Shown here: positions 37,034 to 50,411 of the stretch, piece after piece | Layout of the letters: the number at the start of each line of letters is the position of its first letter | How positions within the stretch are numbered: position 1 is the stretch's first letter | Assembly (NCBI RefSeq): GCF_046119375.1 | Contig: NW_027362767.1 | Span: 421,290,001-421,354,000 of the forward strand | From: Phyllobates terribilis | Taxonomy: Eukaryota | Length of the DNA stretch: 64,000 nucleotides | Direction: 5' to 3' | Position numbers and translations under genes: made by a program | The notes under the pieces: generated by a model | Databases searched by the model: none | Seen by the model: only the letters and a program-made list of their open reading frames with translations | Told to the model about the DNA's origin: nothing

Positions 37034-37841
37034 CTTAGGGTAGTTTGTAAACACTGTTTTTGATTTTAAAAAAAAGAGTGAAAGTGATCCCTTTGAGACC
37101 TCAATGTGAATAAGGGCCGAGCAGGACCGGGGCCTGACTGGACACCCAGCTATGGGAAGCTATATAAATGTAATGCCCAGCTCAAAAAAAGGGAAGCCAT
37201 GTCTACCCTTATTCACAATGAGGTCATTTTTGACACATGGTAAGTGTCACGATTCCACCACTCACGGTGTCCTAGGGACTCTGTGACTGACAGCTCTGCC
37301 GCCCTATGGGATCGAGGGCTGGCTGAGCTGTCAGGATTGTGATTGTCCGCTCTACCGTCCAATCTGAGGCTGAGGTGTGAGTATTGTGATTGACAGCTCT
37401 ACCACCCAATCTGAGGGAGAGGTGTGAGTATTGTGATTGACAGCTCAGCCGTCCTATCTGGCTGGGAATGTGAGATCTCCTTCAGGTGTTATCTATTCTG
37501 GGTAATTACAGGGCTATTTAACGCTCTGTCAATTGTCAGACCTTTGCCATTTGTAGCTTTGCTCAAGTGGTGTGGCTCTGTGTTCATCCATTGCTGACCT
37601 TGGATTTACCTTTTGACCATCCGTTTGACTTACCCCTTTGTCTTGATCCGCTACCTTCCTGATATTCTGACCTAGGACCGTTACCTGACTGCGCTTTTGT
37701 CTTTTGCGATTCCTCTTGGTACTGACCCTGGACCTTTTGACTATCCTGCCTCACAGTAAGTCCATGAGTAGTGACTAGCGTCACATTACCATTGGCCCAA
37801 ATACTTTAATACATTTTTTTTTTTCCATTTCTCCCACCAGT

Positions 37842-38312
37842 ATGGAACCTGACAGGATCCGAGTTGCGGAGAAAAAGATTATGACTCTGACACAGGGAAA
37901 CCGCACCGCTGAGGCTTACTGTTCCGAGTTTCGGCGATGGTCCATGGAAGTGCTGTGGAATGATGAACCTCTCAGGTGCTACTTCCACAGAGGCCTCTCA
38001 GATACTCTCAAAGATGCTCTAGCTCTCCTCACTCCACCTTGTTCCTTGGAGAAGGCCATGACCCAGGCTATTCGGTTGGATCGCAGAATTCGGGAGAGGC
38101 GTAATGAGCGACAGGGGGGTTCGGCCTTTTCCAACTATCCTGTCCACTTACCGGAGGCAGAACTGATGGAGGGTGGAGCTGCCGCCTCTCGGGTCGTTGA
38201 GAGGAGACGTCGGCACACTCTTGGACTCTGCTTTTACTGTGGTCTCGCAGGGCATTTTCTTCGGGACTGTACAAAACGCCCTCAAACAAGCAAACCGGAA
38301 GGAAACGCCTAA
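37842..38312 (+). pseudogene. Gypsy gag C-terminal part with CCHC knuckle
   Basis: QG.RT.E.Y..EF, LSD.LKD, AIRLDRR and CFYCGLAGHFLRDC. Confidence 0.85.
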
Positions 38313-38513
38313 GTCTTGGTGACTATTGAGGAGGTCACCCAAACTTCCAGGTACCTTTTTACTCCATAATAATAAGTGCTGTTAAATGTTAACCACATGT
38401 TCAGGAAACATAGTTCATCTGCATTTGCTTTCATTGACTGTGGTTCTGCAGCCAACTTCATTGATTTAGGATTAGGGACAGCCCTAATTGTCATAAGAAA
38501 AGAAATGTCTTAA

Positions 38514-40712
38514 AGGAAAGGTGCCAAAAAAAAAAAAAATTCAGCAATTGAGAAANNNNNNNNNNNNNNNNNNNNNNNNNNNNNNNNNNNNNNNNNNNNN
38601 NNNNNNNNNNNNNNNNNNNNNNNNNNNNNNNNNNNNNNNNNNNNNNNNNNNNNNNNNNNNNNNNNNNNNNNNNNNNNNNNNNNNNNNNNNNNNNNNNNNN
38701 NNNNNNNNNNNNNNNNNNNNACAAAGGTTTGGTATTTCCACTTTTAAACACTAGGGGGAGCAGCTGCTGAAATTTGCCATGAAAGCCTAGTGTACAACTA
38801 GCTCGCATTACGACTGCAGTAAATGTGGGCTGAATCTGGTCACACGTGTGTGACGTCACTCCTCTCCTCCCCTTCTGGGTGTTTTGTACCAGCATAAGAA
38901 AGGATGAAGTTTAGGATCAGTGTGGAGCCATTTTGTTGGTGACTGCCAGTGATACTGACCAGTAGAGTGTGATAGACGGCCGGCAGTGCTGATTCGGTTA
39001 GATGGTGCTGCTCGCTGTATCATAACCTGGGGTTAGATATGCGGATACTCCCGATGGGGAGTCCATTCTACTATATGGCGTGTCTTATATTTTTAGTAAC
39101 AGAGTGGTCATCTGCTGAGGTTCTCCTACATGTACTATTAGGGTGCACCACCGTAGTTGTAATCAGGGTTACCTGGTCAGGGGCCCACTCAGAAGTTTCA
39201 CCATCCCAAACCAAAACCCTAGCTACGCTTCCGGTGACACCACTCCGTCCACTTCTATGGGAGCAGTGGTGTAATGTGTGACCCCCCACGCTCCATACAC
39301 CATATTACTACTCTCATAGAAGTGGACCGAGTGGGGTCACACAGTACACCACTACCCCCTTTGAAATGTGTAACCTTGCTCTGTCCACTTCTAAGGGAGC
39401 AATAGAATAAACGTCCAGTAGATACAGAATTTAATAATACATACTACATATAATAAATTTGTACCCTTTTTATGTGGCACTAAAGGGTGTTTACCCTAAT
39501 AAATGGAAAAAAAAAAAACAGATGTGGGGTTCCTCCTTATTTTTCGTAACCAGGCAAGGTAAAGCAGACAGGTCCCTGGTTATTGGGCCCTTCCCAGCCT
39601 AAAAAATACCAGCCCGCAGCAGCCCTAGAATTGGCGTATCACATTAGATCGCGCTTTGACTGCCCTGAGCGGTGGCAATGGGGGTAATGATCGTTGGGGT
39701 TGATGACAGCTGTGAATTGTTAAAATTTACATCTGGCATCAAGCCCTGTGGTTAGTAATGGAGAGGTGTCTATCAGATACCCCCTAATGAAGAAGAGGGG
39801 AGGAAAAAAAAAAAACTGAAAAAATAAATGATGGTTTTGAATAAAGACTCCCCGACACTTTCCCTGGTTCATCAATTTATTTTTTGGGGGAAAAAAAACA
39901 AGCAGGTCCGACATAGTCCATGGCGTTCCCCAAATCCGACGTCCAAAGGCTATGGAGCCTTGTTCAGAGAATGACGCTCCATAGACTATAGCAGCAGCCA
40001 CTGCGGGGCCCACTGCTCTCCACGAGACCTGGCGGCTGAGATGAGCAGTGACCTCAGTAACTACACCGCTCATCAGTCACTGTGCCCTCTGTATAATGAC
40101 CCCATATAGTGCATCCTGGGTATATGGCCCTCCATATATTCAATGCAAAGAGAGGAGAGAGGAAAAAAAAAAACACTTCTACTCACCTTCCACGCTCCCA
40201 GGCAGTGCTGTCTGTGTTGCCTGAAGATGTCGGCAGTGATAACAACTGAGATCACCGCACCCAGGAGCTGCAGGTACTCATCTGGACCTCTGCTCCCAGG
40301 CACTTCCTCCCCGGCAGCTCCTGCCATGCCACGCCTTCTTGTGCACGTGATAACGGGGGAATGTGCAGCTCGCAGCTTACACTGCGGGCTCCACAAAGAT
40401 GGCCACGATCTCCTCCCACGGCTGTGACCTGGACAGCCCAGGGGGCGTGCCCAGGTCACAGCTAGAGGCAGGAGGAGCGGCCTCTAATATGAGAGATGGG
40501 GGTCGGTGATCGACTACTGTCTCTTATGGCCTGGACTGCCGTAAGTGAGGTGTGTAAGATGCTGCTTAGCTTCTTACACGCCCCCCAAATAAAGATGGCA
40601 GTCCCCAGTGGCCAATTTAAAATAAAAAAAAAAAAAAGTGGTGCATTTAATTTTTTATTAAAATAATTGATTACATAATTAATACAAAATTAAAAACCGT
40701 GGCACCTTCCCT
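38514..40712. mobile_element. TTAA-flanked T2/Kolobok-type non-autonomous element inserted between Gypsy protease and RT
   Basis: TTAA|AGGAAAGGTGCC left end and GGCACCTTCCCT|TTAA right end. Confidence 0.78.
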
Positions 40713-41164
40713 TTAAGTCTGTACAAATTTCCTCTGCTAGTCCTGAAGGGTCAGGTGGGGTGCCTGGAAGACTTCAGACATGCGTTCTCAGAAAGAGGCT
40801 GAGATTTTACCCTCCATCGTCCTTATGTCTGCGCTATTGATCTTATTCCTAATGCCAAATTACTTCAGGCTCACCTGTACAATTTATCAGGTCTGAACGT
40901 ACCGCCATGTAAGAATATGTAACCGTCAGTTTATAGACGGGTCATATCCATCCTTCCTCCTCGCCAGTAGTTGCTGGGTTTTTCTTCGTTAAAAAGAAAG
41001 ATGGTGGCCTCCGTCCCTGCCTCGATTTCCGTGAAATAAACAAGTTAAGAATACATACCCACTTCCACTGATCCCTGCCTGGGGCTAAATGATTTTCTAA
41101 ACTTTACCTTAGGGGGGCTTACAATTTGATAAGTACCCGGAAGGGTGATGAGTGGAAAACAACA

Positions 41165-41205
<41 letters not shown>

Positions 41206-41688
41206 TCTCAGGGTCTTGTTATGCCTTCTGGGTTAATCAAAGCACCAGCAGTCTATCAAAATTTTATGAATGATATATTTTCTGATATTATTGTGGTTTA
41301 CCTTGATAGTGTTTTTTACCTTATCTGGATTCACACTATAAATATGTCTGTTTTGTTTTGCCTAAACTCGGGGAAAATTCTTTGTTTTCTAAATTGGAGA
41401 GTATTTTTTTTTTCTGCTTGAGATATCGTTCCTGGGGTTCATTGTATCTGCTAAAAGGTTTAAGATGGATTCTGGGAAGGGAGGTGCAAGCTGTAACTGA
41501 TTGGGTTCTACCTCGTGACCTTTAAAGCATTGCAACGTTTTTTAGGATCCTCCAATTATAGAAACTTTCCCCTTCTCCCATGACAGCACCACCTGAGAGG
41601 GTATCTGCCCACCAAGGAGAGGAACCTACTGAATAATAAGGCGGTACCTCTCTTCCGTATCAGTTTTGCTTCCTGTTCTTGATGGGAG

Positions 41689-42827
41689 TGACGCGCCCCC
41701 AGGGCCGTGGGGTACACTGCAGCCGGGCCTCTGGTTGCCAGGGGATATCACGGTGGCTGGCCCGGTCCGTGACCCAGGGCGGTCAACAAAAGGGTAATTT
41801 TATATAGGGGATTTGGGAAAGTGTTCGTGACGCCACCTGTGGATTGCGGCTAGAGGGAGCCACCGCTGCGGAGCAGTCCTCTGGAGCTGGTGTTGCGGCA
41901 GCAGGGGTGGTGTGGCTCTCCACAGGTAGAGCAAGCTCCAGGGCAGCGTAGGTAGATGGTGGTTGCGCGGGGCGTTGTAGTGCAGGGGGAAAGATGGCAC
42001 AGACGAAATAATGGACGGTGCGGTGCAGTCATCCGAGTCTTTACTCACAGTTCTTTAGTTCCTCAGGGTGCACTGTCAGCTTACAGCCTCCCGATTCGTG
42101 CTGCGTTCACCAGGCAAGGGTTCGGCTCTTCCTCAGGCAGATTAGGAGCACCTGACAGAACCCCATTTTTCTGTGTTCCTAGCCAGACTGTCTTCACACT
42201 GGGTCTTTCTCTCCTGCCCTGCGCTGCCCACTCTCAATCCTGTTCGGGTGTTCTGAAGTCCCTCCTGTACGTCGGATCCCGGACCTGCTTGACCCTCCTG
42301 GGGATTAGAATGCGGCTTAAGATCCCCCTGTCTTCTGACAGGTGTGGGGCGTATGGGTGCCTTCCTGCACTCGCCGTACCCCCTAGGATCCCTTCTTAGA
42401 ATGGAGCCTACTCCCTGCTCCCCTCCTGGGCCTCCAGACTTGGCCCTACTTGTGGAGCAGAACTCCTAATGAGACTCTGCTCCCAGACTGTTCTTCTGAA
42501 CTGCTCTCCTCTACTCACTTCTCTGCCACCCTAAGATGGCTTCCCTATGTATACTCCTACCAAAGTGCTCCCTTCACCCACACCCACTACTGGTTCCCCC
42601 TACCTTTTGGGTTCTCTTTCTCCCCCCCCCCACTCCAGCCAGGATCAGGGCTCGGCAGAGGAGCAGCACATCTTGCCCTTCCTGCCGGCCTGGAGCAGTG
42701 TAGTGTTGGATGCAGGTGTTTGGGGTTCCGAGCAGCACTCCCTCCTTACCTGAGAGAAGAGAGACACCACACCTCTGGGTGAGGTGCAGTACCTCTGTGG
42801 CGACTGAACCCTCAGGGGTGCCTCGCA
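41689..42827 (+). mobile_element. Solo LTR-like insert 1 in DIRS-B
   Basis: TGACGCGCCCC...CCTCGCA; shares its 5' part with the inserts at 47122-47694 and 48163-49165; no TSD recognised. Confidence 0.72.
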
Positions 42828-44183
42828 TACCTGATCGTGGGGTTGGGATCACGAGATCGGTGCAGCCTGGAGACCGAAGAAGCAGCAGATGGGCCCTCTG
42901 GTTTCAGCCCCATCTTGCTTGTGCCTGGGTCTGTTTGCGGGGGAAGAGAGGGCGCCTTCCCGTGGACCTCTCCCGCGTGCGCCAGGTGCTGGGGCTGCGC
43001 ACACATGGAGGTTCGTGGCTGAGCACGCCGGCAGGCAGGCCTTCCGGGTCTGCACACACACAGGGTCGCGTCGCGCCCTGTGACGTAGCAGCCTGGAAGC
43101 CCGGGTCTGCACATGCGCGGGGTGCGATTCAGTAATCTAACGCATCCCCCTGTATGCAAGCGCGCCGGGGGCCGCTGGGTCTGCGCACGAGTTGCAGATC
43201 TTGCTGCGAAGCACACCAGCCGGCTGTATGTAAAGGGAGGGGGGGGGGGGGGGGTATGCTGCCGTTTAACCCGGAAAGGGGAGAGGCCCAAAGGGGGTGG
43301 AGCCTCCATATGCTCTATAGGGATGGGAAGCTGGCAAGATGGCGGTGTCTGCATCCCCTTCATTATAGGTGAGGAGCTGCTATCACCGCAGCAGCCGCCT
43401 GAGCAATGTAAGCAGATCAAGCAGCATGTAAAACCTGTCCAGCAACGTCGGGAGTCTTCCCATCATCAGAGCCACAGTAGTGGGAGCCGTACAAGCGCCG
43501 GCAGAACCGGTCAGAAGAAATCGGCTCGCGAGTCTACCTCCTCCTGACGGGATTGTTCATGTGAACGGCAACCACCGTCTCCGGTACCCTAGTCTGAACA
43601 GCGGTGTGGTGAGTGATCTTCGTGAAAGTTCACCTTAGTAATGTGCTCCTCTGTTTTCTCTTTTTTCCGTTTCTTTCTGTCTTTGGTAGGAACCTAAAAA
43701 GAGTAGTTCTAAGAACAACAATAAGGAGTGTGCGTTATGTAGAGTTAGCCTTCCCAGCTCCCTTGCTAAAAACCTTTGCTCAGGTTGCATCCAAAAGACT
43801 ATAGCAGAGGAGTCCCCTAGCTTTGCTGTGGATCTGAAAACCTTAATCCATATGGAAGTCAGGGATTCCTTAAAGAACTTGACTTCACGTAAGAAGATAA
43901 AGCATAGACGGGTTACCTCTGACTCAGAAGAATCGCTAGATTCCTGTATCGCAAGAGAATCCCTTTCCCCCTCTGACCTCTCGTCATCGTCTTCATCAGA
44001 ATCTTTAGATGATGGAGGGGTTAGACCATGTTTTTCAGTAGACAATACAGCGAGACTAGTCAAGGCTATTAGAGCGACCATGGGTATTGCCGATGCCAAG
44101 GCCCCCAGAACGGTTCAGGATATCATGTTTGGGGGCTTAGATCAAAAGAAGAGATGCACATTCCCAGTCAATGAGAGGATTAA

Positions 44184-44880
44184 GGCTATGCGCCCACGTA
44201 GCAGATTTTATGCAGAGCGTTTTTGCCTCTCTGGCAGAAAAAAAAAATGCATGCAGATTTAAATGCGTTTTTTTTTTTTTTTTCAAGCACTTTTCCAAGC
44301 GATCTTGAGCAATTGGCATGGACCATCACCTGACCACTGACGTCAGCGGTCGCGTGACCATCAGCTGACTACATGACGTCACTGCAGGTCCTGCCAGTAC
44401 ACCGCGGGACGCCGAAGAGAGACTACGCCGCCGGGAGAAGACCGGGGGCCGCCGGAGAGGTGAATATACAGGTTTTTTTTTTTTGTTGTTGTGTGTGTTT
44501 TGTTTTTATTTATTTTATTTTTTTTTTCACCGCGTGGTAGCCGGGATGAAGAGGAGTTGTAGTCTCCTCTTCATCCCGGGTACCACACGCACCGCAATTA
44601 TGCTGCAAATTTGCGGCCATTGAATTTAATTGAAATGCAGCAAATCCACATACCTGCGGGTTTGCTGCGTTTCAATGTTACTCAATGGCCGTGAATTAGC
44701 AGCGTAATCGCGGTAGAAATGGTCATGCTGCGTATTGCATCTCAATGCGAATTCGGCACGCTAATTAGCGCATCATGTGCACAGCACATCCGAATTCGCA
44801 TTGCTTTGCATGGCAGACTGTTTTACAAGCGATTTCGCGGCCGTAAAAATGCCACAAAAACGCTACGTGGGCACATGGCC
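44184..44880. mobile_element. PIF/Harbinger-type MITE in DIRS-B gag
   Basis: TIR GGC(T/C)ATG(C/T)GCCCACGTAGC; TAA duplication; removing it restores the frame PVNERIKTLIDRERKG. Confidence 0.9.
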
Positions 44881-47121
44881 TAAAACTCTTATAGATAGGG
44901 AAAGGAAGGGCCAGCTGCCTTCATCTTCTAAGCGGAGGTACCTTTTTGAAGAGGAGGACGCAGCTAAGTGGGACAAAACCCCGACAATTGATGTGGCCAT
45001 CTCGAAATCCTCAGATCCCCACTACCATTCGAGGATTTGGGGGCCCTCAAATATCAGCTCGATTAAAAAAGCGGAGTCTTTTCTAAAACAGACCTGGGAG
45101 TCCTCAGCAGGGGCTCTGAAACTGGCAGTGACGGCCACCTGCACCGCCAGGTCAATGATGATCTGGCTGCAGCAATTAGAGGACCAGATTAAGGGGAACG
45201 TCCCTAGACATAAAATTCTGTCGGGTCTTCCTCTTATGCAGGGGGTGGCTGCATTTCTTGCGGCTGCATCGGCAGATTCAGTTAGGCTGGCTGCCAGATC
45301 AGCTAACCTTCCAATGCAGCCCATATGGCGTTATGGCTCAAGAGCTGGCCAGGGGATGTGCAGTCTAAATCAAAACTCTGCTCAATCCCATGTGAAGGGG
45401 ACTTTCTTTTCGGAAAAGCCTTAGATGACATCTTGGATAAGGCCGCAGACTAACATGGCTTTCCTAATGTATCTGTTCCCCCGTTAGAAGACCTCCTTTC
45501 GGAAAAGGAAATATATTCGGAGTAAATTTTTCCCGAGACCAAGGTAGTTGGAGAGACAAGAAGCCGAATAATAGAGGCTTCATATTCAGGGGTCCATCTT
45601 CCGATAGTAAAAAAAGCCCCTAAGTGATGAACCTCCCCAGGTAGGAGGAAGGTTGTCCCACTTCCTTCCCGCCTGGGAGAAGATCTCATCCAGCGCCTGG
45701 ATTTTAGGGATAATCAGGAGAGGGCTGAGATTGGAGTTAAAAACCATTCCCAGAGACATCGTCAGGATTTCAGCCCCCAGAGGCCTGAGAGAGCAAATAG
45801 CCCTACAGCAGGAAGTACTCACTCTGGTCGAGAAGGGGGTTTTAATAGAAAGCCAATACCCAAGCAAGGGAGAGGGTTTTATTCAGCTCTCTTCCTAATA
45901 AAGAAGCCGGATGGCTCCTTCAGAACCATTGTCAACTTGAAGAAGCTAAATGACCACTTAACTTACAGACTATCAAAGATGGAATCGATAAGATCGGCTA
46001 TAAAGATGTTGTTCCCAGAGTTTTATATGTGCGTCCTTGATTGTGAAGGACGCCTACTCCCATGTCCTAATCTTTCCAGGACAACAACAGTATTTGGGAA
46101 TAGCTGTACATATTGACAAGCATATAAAGCATTTTCAGTTTGCAGCTCTTCTCTTTGGCATCTCCATGGCTCCGAGGGTTTTCACAAAGATTATCCTGGA
46201 AGTCACGGCACAAGGGAGAAGGATATTCTAGTCATCCCTTACCTGGACGACTTTTTGGTGGTGGGCAGATCAAAAGAACTCTGCGCACTGGCTCTGGTGG
46301 AGGTCACAGCCAGTCTAAATGGATTGGGATGGATCCTAAATTTAGAAAAATCGAAACTAGAACAGTCGAAGGTTCAGTACTTTTTCTAGACTTGTCTTCT
46401 GCCAGAGGACAAGAAATTGAAGATCAATTCCCTCATCTCACGCGTAATCAGGAATCCATCCATGACTCTGAGGAGTGCAATGTCTCTACTGGGTATGATG
46501 ACATCCTGTATCCCAGTAGTACAGTGGGCCCAGCTTCATTCCAGAGGTCTACAGCAGGAGATTCTGACAGCTGACAAGCAGCTGAGAGGTCACCTGGACG
46601 GAAGAATATCTTTCAAGTTCGGTTATCAGCTCGCTGGATTGGTGGATGAATCCGGATTCATCCAATCTCTGGGGGTTCCTTGGTCATTCCAGGTAACAGA
46701 TACGATTACAACAGACGCAAGCGCAGAAGGTTGGGGAGCTCACTTGAGAGACCATTCAATACAGGGACTCTGGTCAAACAGAGAGACGGGTCTCTCCTCC
46801 AACATGAGGGAGCTGTTGGCAGTCAGAAACGCAGTAGTAGAGTTAAAGTCTCAGCTTTAGGGTCAACACATTAGGATAATGTCAGACAATCGAACAACAG
46901 TCGCCTATATCAATCGTCAGTGGAGAACAAGATCCTTCAGTTTGCGCATCTATTTACGCTCTCGGCGCTGCATATGAGAGGAGAATGTAAGAGCCGATTT
47001 TCTAAGTCGTCACGTTTTGAAATAAGGGGAATGGGAATTGAATCCAGCGATTATTCCAGCAGATTGTTCGCAAACAGATCTATTTGAGGTTGCCCCCATC
47101 GGTAAACAAACGCAATTGGAA

Positions 47122-47694
47122 ATTCTAATCCCCAGGAGGGACTTCAGAGCACCCGAGCGGGATTGAGAGTGGGCGGAGCTGGAGGGAGAGACACAGCGTG
47201 AAGTCGGTCTAGCTAGGAACACAAGAAAGTGGGGTTCTGTCCGGTATTCCTAATCTGCCTGAGGAAGTGCTGAACCCCTGCCTGGTGAACGCAGCGCGAC
47301 GTGGGAGGCTGACACGTGTACAGTGCACCTGTGGAACTGTCATAAAAACTCGGATCACTGCACTGCACTGCCTCCGTCCATTCTTTATCTGCGCCATCTT
47401 TCCCTCACTGCGCAACTACCACCACCGTCCTACACTGCCCTGGAGCTAGCTCTACCTGTGGAGAGCCACACCATCCCTGCTGCCATAACACCAGCTCCAG
47501 AGGACTGCTCCGCATCGGCGGCTCCCTCTAGCCGCGATCCACAGGTGGCGTCACGAACCATCCCCAAAACCCCATATAAAATTATTCCCCTTTTTACTGA
47601 CCTCCCTGGGTCATGGACCGGGCTAGCCACTGTGATATCCCCCGGCAACCAGAGGCCCGGCTGCCGAGTACCCCACGGCCCTGGGGGCGCATCA
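47122..47694 (-). mobile_element. Truncated LTR-like insert 2 in DIRS-B
   Basis: Reverse complement of the first ~600 bp of insert 1; adjoins a deletion in the DIRS pol/YR region. Confidence 0.75.
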
Positions 47695-48162
47695 TAGCCA
47701 CCAGTACTCTTAATTGCGACTTGGCAGCAAATAAATGGATACTAGATTTGTTAAAGCTTGCAATAGATCTAGACCCATTCCTACTCCAAGGATGCCTCCA
47801 TGGGACCTTAATCTGTTTCTGGAGGCACTAACCAAGCCTCCCTTTGAGCCCTTAGAGAAGGTTTCAGAGAAAGTTCTCACCTTTTTAAAACAGTCATGCT
47901 GGTAGCACTTATGTCAGGCTGTAGGATTAGTGATCTGCACGCACTATCGGTAAACCATCCGTTCACATAGGTTTCTACGGACAAAGTAACTTTAAGACCA
48001 GACCTGGTCTTAATCTTCCAAAAGTAGCCTCCAAATTCCACAGGACACAAGTAATTACTCTCCCTTCCTTCTATCCTGACCCTAGAAATTTGAAGGAACA
48101 AAGGCTTCACACGCTAGATGTTAAAAGGGTATTAGTCCAGTACTTGGAGGTGACGCTTTATC

Positions 48163-49165
48163 TGACGCGCCCCCTGGGTCGTGGGGTACTCGGTGCTGGG
48201 CCGGTCGTTGCTAGGGGAGATGTCAGTGGTGGTGACCCGGTCCGTGACCCAGGGCGGTCAGTAAAAAGGGGATATTTACAGGGGAATTAATGTTCTTATA
48301 TACAGTTCGTGACGCCACCTGTAGTATGCGGCTAATGGGATCCGCCGCTGCGGAGCAGGTTCTCTGGAGCTGTTAATGCAGCAGAGTTGGTTTTGCTCTC
48401 CACAGGTAGTTCTTAGCTCCAGGGCAGTGTAGATGTTGCTGTTATGGTTTAGTGCAGAGGATGGCGCAGTTAATAATCAGTCCACAACTTAATGGCGGTT
48501 TCCTCTTATCTTTACTTGCGGTGGTTAGGCAGACCGGGGCACGGGTACTAGCTAGTAGTAGAGGTCCGGGCGGCCTGGAAGCAAGTTGGGGGATCCACCT
48601 AGCCAGGTCGAGTTGGAGGCCTTCCCTTTGCGCTAATCTCTTTGGCCCTGCTGATTATAGCTATGCTGCGGCCCTCGTCCCTGAGTGAAACGTCTTTGTG
48701 CTCACCCGTATGGCAGGCAGCTCGGGCCTTTCTGGAGTGTCGCTCCCACGTGGCGGTGCTGGGCCCTATGTGTTGTTGAGCCTCCGGGCGTCTGATGGGG
48801 CCAGGAGACCTGCAGTCTTCTGCCCTCTGGTTTCTGCTGCTGGGCTTTCGGTGCCCCACAATTTTGGACTCCGGTGTCCGGTTCTTCTGCGCTTTCCTCT
48901 GGGGTGAACTGCCGTGCAACTCCACTCTCTGTCTTTCCTCGTCGACATCCTGACTTCAACCCCTGTCTTTTCTCCTCACACTTACTAACCCTATCTCCTG
49001 ATCCAGTTGCTAAGGGGAGGAGCTCCCCCTGCTGGTCTGGAGCCAGGAACGTGTTGCATGCTAGCAAAACCTGATTAGGGGACCTCTCCTTGCTTCCAGG
49101 CATGGCATCACCCCCTTGTGAGGGAGGCAATGCCACTGTGGCAACCGGACTCCTGGGTTGCCACA
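48163..49165 (+). mobile_element. Solo LTR insert 3 in the DIRS-B recombinase
   Basis: TG...CA ends; TATC/CATC duplication; removal restores the FISFQDARK frame. Confidence 0.8.
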
Positions 49166-50411
49166 CATCTCATTCCAGGATGCTAGGAAAAGGCTTAAGG
49201 TTACGAGGGGGACCATAGCTAGATGGGTCAGCGACACCATTGGTTTAGCGTACTCCTCTAGCCATCTGCCAGTTCCAGAGAACCTGAAGGCCCACTTCAC
49301 CAGGTCTGTAGCTGCTTCCTGGACTGAGAAGGCGGATGTGCCCATCGACATCATATGTAAGGCGGCAACTTGGTCATCCCCCTCTACATTCAACAAGCAT
49401 TACCATCTTGAACTTTCCTCTTCTACTGATCTGTCCTTTGGGAGGAAGGTGTTGCAAGCGGTGATCCCTCCCTCTGGTGTCTGATCTCTAAATCTTTCAG
49501 GTGGTGCTGTCATGGGAGAAGGGGGGATCCTAGTTACTTACCGGTAACTGAATTTTACAGAGCCCATGATAGAACCCTATTAATTCCCTCCCCTTTATCA
49601 CTTATGGTGTGCACTACTATGGGTGTTTTACAAAGGAATGTTTTGGTGGTAGTTATGTACTAACATATTTTTCGGAGGCCCTCTCATGCTCTGAACCTAA
49701 AACTGATGCGGAAGAGAAGTACCGCCTTCTTATTCAGTAGGTTCCTGTCCTTGGTGGGTGGATACCCTCTCTCAGGTGGTGCTGTCATGGGCTCTGTAAA
49801 ATCCCATTACCGGTAAGTAACTAGGATCTCTTAACTTTTTGTTTTTTTTTACAGATCGTTAAACAGTTTTACTGATCTCACAAGTAAGGGGGGCAGATCT
49901 TAACGTTTTGGTCGCCAGATACTATTGGAGCGTTTGGTAAATTGAAAGTATTTCATGGCCGCTCCAGTTTTAATCTAACCTCCTCTCCAGAAACCATTAA
50001 TCATAGAGGTGGATGCCTCTGAGGTCTGGGTGATATGGGCTGTATTATATCAATGTTCCTAAACTTTGACCAACTTGTGGCCATGTGTTTTTTTTCTTTA
50101 GGAAATTTTCTTTTGCTGGGGTTCAACAATTGTTAAGGCTGACGCTTTATCACGCAGTCTTGATTCAGTTTCTCCCCCAGAACCTTCATCCTCCATTGTT
50201 CCTCAGAACATTGTGGTATCCTCGGAGTTGGAAGCAGAGATCTGTGAAGTCCAGTTGTTGGCTCCTTCCGCTTCTCCACGGTCAAAATTATTTGTGCCTG
50301 TGTATCTAAGATTACGTTTGTTGCAGGAGTTTCATGATTCTGTCTTGAGTGGTCATCCTGGGATCACAGCTACGTGGAAATGTATTGATACTCTTTTAGT
50401 GGCCATCCATG

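Larger units (their letters stand above)
41566..49826 (+). mobile_element. DIRS1-like retrotransposon (copy B, different subfamily) inserted in Gypsy pol
   Basis: ITRs ~41566-41665 and ~49700-49826; ICR ~49500-49575; gag ~43690-45630; RT/RNase H ~45620-47110 (YLDD, TTDAS); YR ~47695-49480. Confidence 0.92.
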
